A stretch of 64,000 bases of DNA from Porphyromonadaceae bacterium (GTDB taxonomy: Bacteria; Bacteroidota; Bacteroidia; Bacteroidales; UBA12481), in the NCBI GenBank assembly GCA_007280905.1, contig QYQM01000038.1:744-64743 (forward strand). Reading direction: 5' to 3'. Each line of letters begins with the position of its first letter. The first letter of the stretch is position 1. Of the stretch, positions 58,490 to 64,000 are shown one piece after another. The notes beneath the pieces were generated by a model. That model searched no databases and was not told where the DNA came from. It saw only the letters and a list, made by a program, of their open reading frames with translations. Made by a program: the position numbers and the translations under genes.

Positions 58490-59812
58490 ATGAAAATCTC
58501 CATTGCAGGTACCGGTTATGTCGGACTTGTTACCGGGACCTGTTTTGCCGAAACCGGTGTGACTGTCACTTGTGTTGATATCGATCAGAATAAAATTGAC
58601 CTATTGAATAATGGCCATCTGCCTATTTACGAGCCAGGTTTGGACGACTTGATCAAGAGGAATGTTAAGAAGGAGCGGCTTTTCTTTACGACTAAAATCG
58701 CAGAGAGCCTGGTAGAGGCTAATGTAGTATTCATAGCAGTCGGAACCCCGCCTGATGAGGACGGGAGTGCAGATTTGCGCTATGTATTAAGTGTTGCAAG
58801 GGATATTGGCAAATATATGGATCATTATATGGTAGTGGTCACCAAAAGTACCGTTCCTATTGGTACCGCCATTAAAGTCAGGGAAACAGTAAAACAGGAG
58901 CTTGTTAAAAGAGGTATGGATATTGAATTTGATATAGCTTCTAATCCTGAGTTCCTAAAGGAGGGGTCTGCTATTGCTGACTTTTTAAAACCCGACCGGA
59001 TAGTTTGCGGTGTTGATACGGAAATGGCAGAAAAGACATTGGCCCGTTTATACAAGCCATTTGTTCTAAACGGACATCCGTTGCTTTTTATGGATATCCC
59101 ATCGGCAGAGATGACAAAATATGCAGCAAATTCGATGCTGGCTACAAAAATCAGTTTCATGAATGATGTTTCCAACCTGTGTGAGATCGTTGGTGCTGAT
59201 GTTGACATGGTTAGAAAAGGCATCGGCAGTGATACGCGTATTGGTACGAAATTTATCTATCCTGGTGTAGGTTATGGCGGAAGTTGTTTTCCAAAAGATG
59301 TAAAAGCCCTCATTAAGACGGCCTCAGAGTATGGTTACAAGATGCGTGTGCTGCAATCGGTTGAAGACGTGAATGATGACCAGAAGAAGCTTATGTTTTT
59401 CAAGATCAGCAAGTACTTTGATGGCCAATTGGCTGGTAAGACAATTGCCATCTGGGGCCTGGCATTTAAACCCAACACCGATGATATGCGCGAAGCTCCG
59501 GCATTGGTATTTATTGAGCAGATGGTGGCTGCCGGCGCTCATGTTGTCGCTTATGATCCGGTTGCTATCAATGAAACAAAAAGGAAAATCGGCGACGTTA
59601 TCAACTATGTTAATGATCAGTATGAGGCTCTTATTGATGCAGATGCTTTGGTATTGCTAACTGAATGGAATGAATTCCGTGTTCCTAAATATAAGATTAT
59701 GTCTAAACTGATGAAGAATCGTGTGATTTTTGATGGAAGAAATATTTATGACGCGGATGAAATGAAGGAAGTAGGATTTAAATACTTCGGAATGGGCCGG
59801 AAGGTCAGATAA
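58490..59812 (+). CDS. ugd: UDP-glucose 6-dehydrogenase
   Basis: [16 protein letters not shown] (NAD fold) and the catalytic [10 protein letters not shown] motif. Confidence 0.94.
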   Translation: MKISIAGTGYVGLVTGTCFAETGVTVTCVDIDQNKIDLLNNGHLPIYEPGLDDLIKRNVKKERLFFTTKIAESLVEANVVFIAVGTPPDEDGSADLRYVLSVARDIGKYMDHYMVVVTKSTVPIGTAIKVRETVKQELVKRGMDIEFDIASNPEFLKEGSAIADFLKPDRIVCGVDTEMAEKTLARLYKPFVLNGHPLLFMDIPSAEMTKYAANSMLATKISFMNDVSNLCEIVGADVDMVRKGIGSDTRIGTKFIYPGVGYGGSCFPKDVKALIKTASEYGYKMRVLQSVEDVNDDQKKLMFFKISKYFDGQLAGKTIAIWGLAFKPNTDDMREAPALVFIEQMVAAGAHVVAYDPVAINETKRKIGDVINYVNDQYEALIDADALVLLTEWNEFRVPKYKIMSKLMKNRVIFDGRNIYDADEMKEVGFKYFGMGRKVR

Positions 59813-59824
59813 TATATATTAACA

Positions 59825-60766
59825 ATGAAAAAAATATTAGTCACCGGGGGAGCCGGTTTTATCGGCTCCCACTTGTGTGAACGGTTGCTCAATGAAGGCA
59901 ATGAAGTAATCTGCCTCGACAACTATTTCACCGGAAGTAAGCAAAACGTAGTCCATCTTCTTGATAATCCTTACTTTGAATTGATCCGTCATGATGTGAC
60001 CGAACCGTTTTTTATAGAGGTTGATGAAATTTACAACCTGGCCTGCCCGGCATCGCCAATTCATTACCAGTACAATCCTATAAAAACAATAAAGACATCG
60101 GTTATGGGAGCGGTAAATATGCTGGGTCTGGCCAAGAGAATCAGGGCTAAAATCCTCCAGGCCTCAACCAGTGAGGTATATGGTGATCCCAAAATCCATC
60201 CGCAGACGGAAGATTACTGGGGTCATGTTAATCCGATCGGGTTGCGGTCGTGTTATGATGAAGGTAAAAGGTGTGCCGAGTCACTTTTCATGAATTACCA
60301 TCATCAAAACAACGTGAGGATTAAAATCATACGCATATTTAATACCTATGGAACGCGGATGCATCCGCAGGATGGTAGGGTTGTTTCCAATTTTATTATC
60401 CAGGCTCTTCATAATGAAGACATCACCATATACGGCGATGGGCACCAGACGCGGAGTTTTCAATATGTCGACGACCTCATTGAGGGCATGACACGGATGA
60501 TGGCAACCGGCGATGAATTTGTCGGGCCCGTTAACATTGGTAATCCCAAGGAGTTTACCATCCGGGAGCTGGCAGAGAAGATCATTGAATTGACAGGTGC
60601 GCGATCAAAGCTGATGTTCATGCCATTGCCGGAGGATGACCCTGCACAACGGCAGCCGGATATTTCACTCGCCAAACAGGAGTTATCCGGATGGGAACCT
60701 AGGATTCATCTTGAGGAAGGACTATTGAAAACGATTGCCTATTTTAAACAACTGCAAAATTTATAG
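59825..60766 (+). CDS. uxs: UDP-glucuronate decarboxylase (UDP-xylose synthase)
   Basis: [21 protein letters not shown] and YDEGKR catalytic motifs. Its placement next to ugd fits this call. Confidence 0.88.
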   Translation: MKKILVTGGAGFIGSHLCERLLNEGNEVICLDNYFTGSKQNVVHLLDNPYFELIRHDVTEPFFIEVDEIYNLACPASPIHYQYNPIKTIKTSVMGAVNMLGLAKRIRAKILQASTSEVYGDPKIHPQTEDYWGHVNPIGLRSCYDEGKRCAESLFMNYHHQNNVRIKIIRIFNTYGTRMHPQDGRVVSNFIIQALHNEDITIYGDGHQTRSFQYVDDLIEGMTRMMATGDEFVGPVNIGNPKEFTIRELAEKIIELTGARSKLMFMPLPEDDPAQRQPDISLAKQELSGWEPRIHLEEGLLKTIAYFKQLQNL

Positions 60767-60770
60767 ACAG

Positions 60771-61652
60771 ATGAAAGGAATTATCCTGGCAGGAGGTGCC
60801 GGAACACGGTTATATCCGCTGACGAAAAGTATCTCAAAGCAGATAGTACCAATTTACGACAAACCCATGATTTATTACCCGCTTTCGGTTCTCATGCTCG
60901 CCGGGTTGCGTGAAATCCTTGTTATTTCCACACCAAAAGACCTTCATCTGTACGAGGATCTCTTTGGCACTGGTGAACACTTAGGGCTTAAAATCTCTTA
61001 TGCGGAACAGCCTTCTCCTGATGGCCTTGCTCAGGCTTTTCTGATCGCGGAAGAATTCCTGGAGGGTGATGAAGCCTGTCTGGTTTTAGGTGACAACATC
61101 TTTTATGGTTACAATTTCGGTAAGATCGTGGAGGATGCTGCCCAATTGAAAGAGGGAGCACTAGTATTCGGCTATTATGTTACCGATCCCGAACGTTATG
61201 GAGTAGCCGAATTCGATGACACTGGGAAGGTTCTCAGCATTGAAGAAAAACCGGTGACACCAAAATCAAATTATGCAGTTACCGGCCTTTACTTCTATGA
61301 TAATACAGTGGTTGCCAAAGCTAAATCGCTAAAGCCATCTGTTCGGGGTGAATTGGAGATTACTGATCTGAACAGAATATACCTGAAGGAAAAATCATTG
61401 AAGGTTAGTCTTTTAGGTCGCGGGATGGCCTGGCTGGATACAGGAACCCACGACAGCCTGCTTCAGGCATCCAATTTCATTTCAACCATTGAGCAGCGGC
61501 AAGGACTCAAGGTGGCTTGTATTGAGGAGATTGCTTATAAAAAGGGGTATATCAGCCAACAGGAATTAACCGATCTTGCGATACCGTTGCTGAAAAATCA
61601 GTATGGTCAATATCTAATGGCTATTGCCAACGAGAAAATTAAAAATTGGTAG
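60771..61652 (+). CDS. rfbA: glucose-1-phosphate thymidylyltransferase
   Basis: [18 protein letters not shown]...[17 protein letters not shown]. The tracked N-terminus overlaps uxs, so I trimmed to the ATG at 60771. Confidence 0.95.
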   Translation: MKGIILAGGAGTRLYPLTKSISKQIVPIYDKPMIYYPLSVLMLAGLREILVISTPKDLHLYEDLFGTGEHLGLKISYAEQPSPDGLAQAFLIAEEFLEGDEACLVLGDNIFYGYNFGKIVEDAAQLKEGALVFGYYVTDPERYGVAEFDDTGKVLSIEEKPVTPKSNYAVTGLYFYDNTVVAKAKSLKPSVRGELEITDLNRIYLKEKSLKVSLLGRGMAWLDTGTHDSLLQASNFISTIEQRQGLKVACIEEIAYKKGYISQQELTDLAIPLLKNQYGQYLMAIANEKIKNW

Positions 61653-61659
61653 AAAGTTT

Positions 61660-62217
61660 ATGATTATCAGAGAATCTCCGCTTCCCGGATTATTGATCAT
61701 TGAGCCTAAGTTGTTTGAGGATTCCCGGGGTTATTTTTTTGAAAGCTTTAACCGGAAAAACCTGATGGATGCCGGAGTTGACACGCAATTTGTTCAGGAC
61801 AACCAATCGCTGTCGCAATATGGTGTTTTACGCGGATTGCATTACCAGCTGGCGCCTTACGCTCAAAGCAAACTGGTGAGAGTTCTGCAAGGTTCAGTTT
61901 GGGATGTTGCTGTTGATATCCGGAAGAATTCACCAACCTTCGGGCAGTATTATGGCATTGAACTCAGTGCCGAAAATAAGATTCAATTATTTATCCCTCA
62001 GGGATTTGCTCATGGTTTTGCAGTTACCAGCCAGACTGCCGTTTTCTTTTATAAGTGTGACAGCTTTTACAATCCGGAGTCTGAGCGCGGTATCCATTTC
62101 AACGACCCGGGTCTCGCGATTCCCTGGCCAATACCGGAAAGTGAGGCAATCATCAGCGCAAAGGACAAGGTATTGCCTTTGTTTAAGCAGGCGACCATGA
62201 ATTTCGTTTATCAATGA
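61660..62217 (+). CDS. rfbC: dTDP-4-dehydrorhamnose 3,5-epimerase
   Basis: FEDSRGYFFESF...GVLRGLHYQ...KLVRVLQGSVWDVAVDIR. I trimmed to the ATG at 61660. Confidence 0.93.
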   Translation: MIIRESPLPGLLIIEPKLFEDSRGYFFESFNRKNLMDAGVDTQFVQDNQSLSQYGVLRGLHYQLAPYAQSKLVRVLQGSVWDVAVDIRKNSPTFGQYYGIELSAENKIQLFIPQGFAHGFAVTSQTAVFFYKCDSFYNPESERGIHFNDPGLAIPWPIPESEAIISAKDKVLPLFKQATMNFVYQ

Positions 62218-63113
62218 TAAAGAAGCTCAAAATCCTTCTAACAGGGGCCAACGGTCAACTTGGCCAAGCCTTGATGCACCTGCCTGATTTTTCGGAAATG
62301 GCAGAATGGATGCCTACTGATTACCTGGAATTGGATATTACCGACTATCAGGCTGTTGATTTATTTATTGGCCAGGTTTCACCTGATTTCATTATTAATT
62401 GTGCCGCGTTTACTGCCGTTGATCTTGCTGAAAAAGAGTATGAAAAAGCGCTGATGCTCAATGCCAACGGTCCTGAAAATCTTGCAATTGCTGCAAAATC
62501 TGCCGGCATACCCCTGATTCATATCTCTACTGATTATGTCTTTGCGGGACAACACTGGAAGCCTTATGTGGAAACTGACGAACCGAACCCACAATCCGCT
62601 TATGGAAAAACAAAATTAGCCGGCGAACAAGCACTGCTCAAAACCGGAGGTAAAGTAATTATTATAAGAACCAGCTGGTTATATTCCGAATACGGTAAGA
62701 ATTTTTTCCTGACTATGCTCAGATTGGGTAAAGACAAGGACTCAATCGGGGTGGTTTTGGACCAGATTGGTTCCCCAACCTATGCCGGTGATCTGGCGAT
62801 GGGCCTGATGAAGATTGTTGAATATGATTATCAGCATCCGGGCTGGATAAATCAGCCGGAGATTTATCATTTCTGCAATACCGGAATTGCCAGCTGGTAT
62901 GATTTATCCATGGCGATAATGGAAATTTCCGGACTTCCTTGCCATATTTATCCTCTTGGCACTGAACAGTATCCGTTACCAGCACCACGGCCGGCATACA
63001 GTATTTTGGATACCAAAAAGTTCAGGAGTATCTTTTGGTCAGAAATACCTTATTGGAAAACAAGTGTCAAATATTGCTTTGAAAAATATCTGTTAATGCA
63101 AAAGTCCATCTGA
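62214..63113 (+). CDS. rfbD: dTDP-4-dehydrorhamnose reductase
   Basis: LLTGANGQLG...HISTDYVF...YGKTKLAGE. An ATGA overlap links it to rfbC. Confidence 0.92.
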   Translation: MIKKLKILLTGANGQLGQALMHLPDFSEMAEWMPTDYLELDITDYQAVDLFIGQVSPDFIINCAAFTAVDLAEKEYEKALMLNANGPENLAIAAKSAGIPLIHISTDYVFAGQHWKPYVETDEPNPQSAYGKTKLAGEQALLKTGGKVIIIRTSWLYSEYGKNFFLTMLRLGKDKDSIGVVLDQIGSPTYAGDLAMGLMKIVEYDYQHPGWINQPEIYHFCNTGIASWYDLSMAIMEISGLPCHIYPLGTEQYPLPAPRPAYSILDTKKFRSIFWSEIPYWKTSVKYCFEKYLLMQKSI

Positions 63114-63125
63114 AGATTTAACAAT

Positions 63126-64000
63126 ATGGAAAAGAACGGCATTGATATAAGAGTGATGGAAAAAGCCACTCAGTGGTTGGCCCCTGAATTTGATCAGGAA
63201 ACAAGGCTGCAGGTTCAACGGATGATCGATCAGGATCCGGAAACGCTGGTTGAAGCATTCTATCGGAACCTCGAATTCGGAACCGGAGGAATGAGAGGTA
63301 TCATGGGCCCCGGAACCAACCGGATGAACATCTATGTAATCGGAATGGCAACCCAGGGCTTAAGCAATTATGTTAAAAGGAATTTCCCGGGCAGGACCGA
63401 TCTGAAAATAGCCATTGCGTATGATAGCCGCAACCAGTCGAGGTTATTTGCCGAAACCACTGCAAAAGTTGTATCAGCCAATGGGATTCATGCCTATCTA
63501 TTTGATAATATCAGGCCTACACCAGAGTTATCCTTCTCAATCCGCCTTTTGGGCTGCCAATCAGGGGTAGTAGTTACGGCTTCGCATAATCCCAAAGAGT
63601 ACAATGGTTATAAAGTCTATTGGGAAGATGGAGGTCAGGTTATTGCTCCCCACGATGTTGACATTATTAAAGAGGTAGAGAAGATTCGAAGCATCAAGGA
63701 AGTTCGCTTTGATGGCAAACCTTCTCTGATTCATGCCATTGGAGCAGAAGTTGATGAGGCTTATCTTTCATGTCTGTCTTCTCTGTCGCTCAATCCGGAA
63801 ATTAACCGGAAGTATCACGATCTGAAAATTGTTTATACTCCGATTCACGGATCCGGAGTGACCATGGTGCCAAACATCCTGAAAAGGTTTGGCTTTACCA
63901 ATATTATCCATGTTCCTGAGCAAGATATCCCGGATGGAAATTTCCCGACAGTCGTTTCTCCTAACCCGGAAGAGAAAGCTGCGCTTAATCTTGCAATAAA
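63126..64000 (+). CDS. phosphoglucomutase/phosphomannomutase-family phospho-sugar mutase, 3'-truncated by window edge
   Basis: Not in the track because it is open at the edge. The ATG is at 63126. Hand translation reads MEKNGIDIRVMEKATQWL...LEFGTGGMRGIMGPGTNRMN...GVVVTASHNPKEYNGYKVYW, which includes the active-site TASHNP serine loop. Confidence 0.88.
   Translation, partial: MEKNGIDIRVMEKATQWLAPEFDQETRLQVQRMIDQDPETLVEAFYRNLEFGTGGMRGIMGPGTNRMNIYVIGMATQGLSNYVKRNFPGRTDLKIAIAYDSRNQSRLFAETTAKVVSANGIHAYLFDNIRPTPELSFSIRLLGCQSGVVVTASHNPKEYNGYKVYWEDGGQVIAPHDVDIIKEVEKIRSIKEVRFDGKPSLIHAIGAEVDEAYLSCLSSLSLNPEINRKYHDLKIVYTPIHGSGVTMVPNILKRFGFTNIIHVPEQDIPDGNFPTVVSPNPEEKAALNLAI

Overview
The window looks like a chromosomal segment from a Bacteroidota-type genome. 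Support: a SusC/SusD pair, an Arm-domain (IntDOT/NBU-like) tyrosine integrase, many lipoprotein-type signal peptides and an ECF sigma factor. It splits into two parts. (1) Positions 1-8971 form an accessory island that abuts the 3' end of a tRNA-Ser(CGA) gene. It carries three recombinases (two tyrosine, one serine), a UvrD-family helicase, and a tightly overlapping cassette. The cassette contains a RimK-type ATP-grasp ligase with a C-terminal extension, an untracked 49-aa membrane micro-ORF, a small NDT/TIR-like Rossmannoid protein and a serine recombinase that appears to lack an HTH. This cassette is my best candidate for an undescribed system; all functional readings of it are inference from motifs. 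(2) Positions 8971-64000 are mostly housekeeping: uvrA, yggS, a two-component system, an M28 peptidase, an SLC13 permease, serA-serC-gcvT, DPP-IV, a THUMP methyltransferase, pnuC plus a NadR-like kinase, guaA, rnz, rpsA, and a ugd/uxs/rfbACD sugar-nucleotide cluster. This part also holds a 15-kb rus-like PUL: ribokinase, SusC, SusD, three exported ADP-ribosylglycohydrolase-fold proteins, two duplicated esterases and a sugar permease, with no classical glycoside hydrolase. Intergenic DNA is unusually repeat-rich. It includes a 23-nt REP-like hairpin at six loci, heptamer tandem arrays, roughly 107-nt palindromes flanking the peptidase gene, and a roughly 390-bp inverted-repeat structure that fills the serA-DUF1015 spacer. 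These repeats create false N-terminal extensions on several tracked ORFs. I found no rRNA, CRISPR array or recognisable riboswitch.
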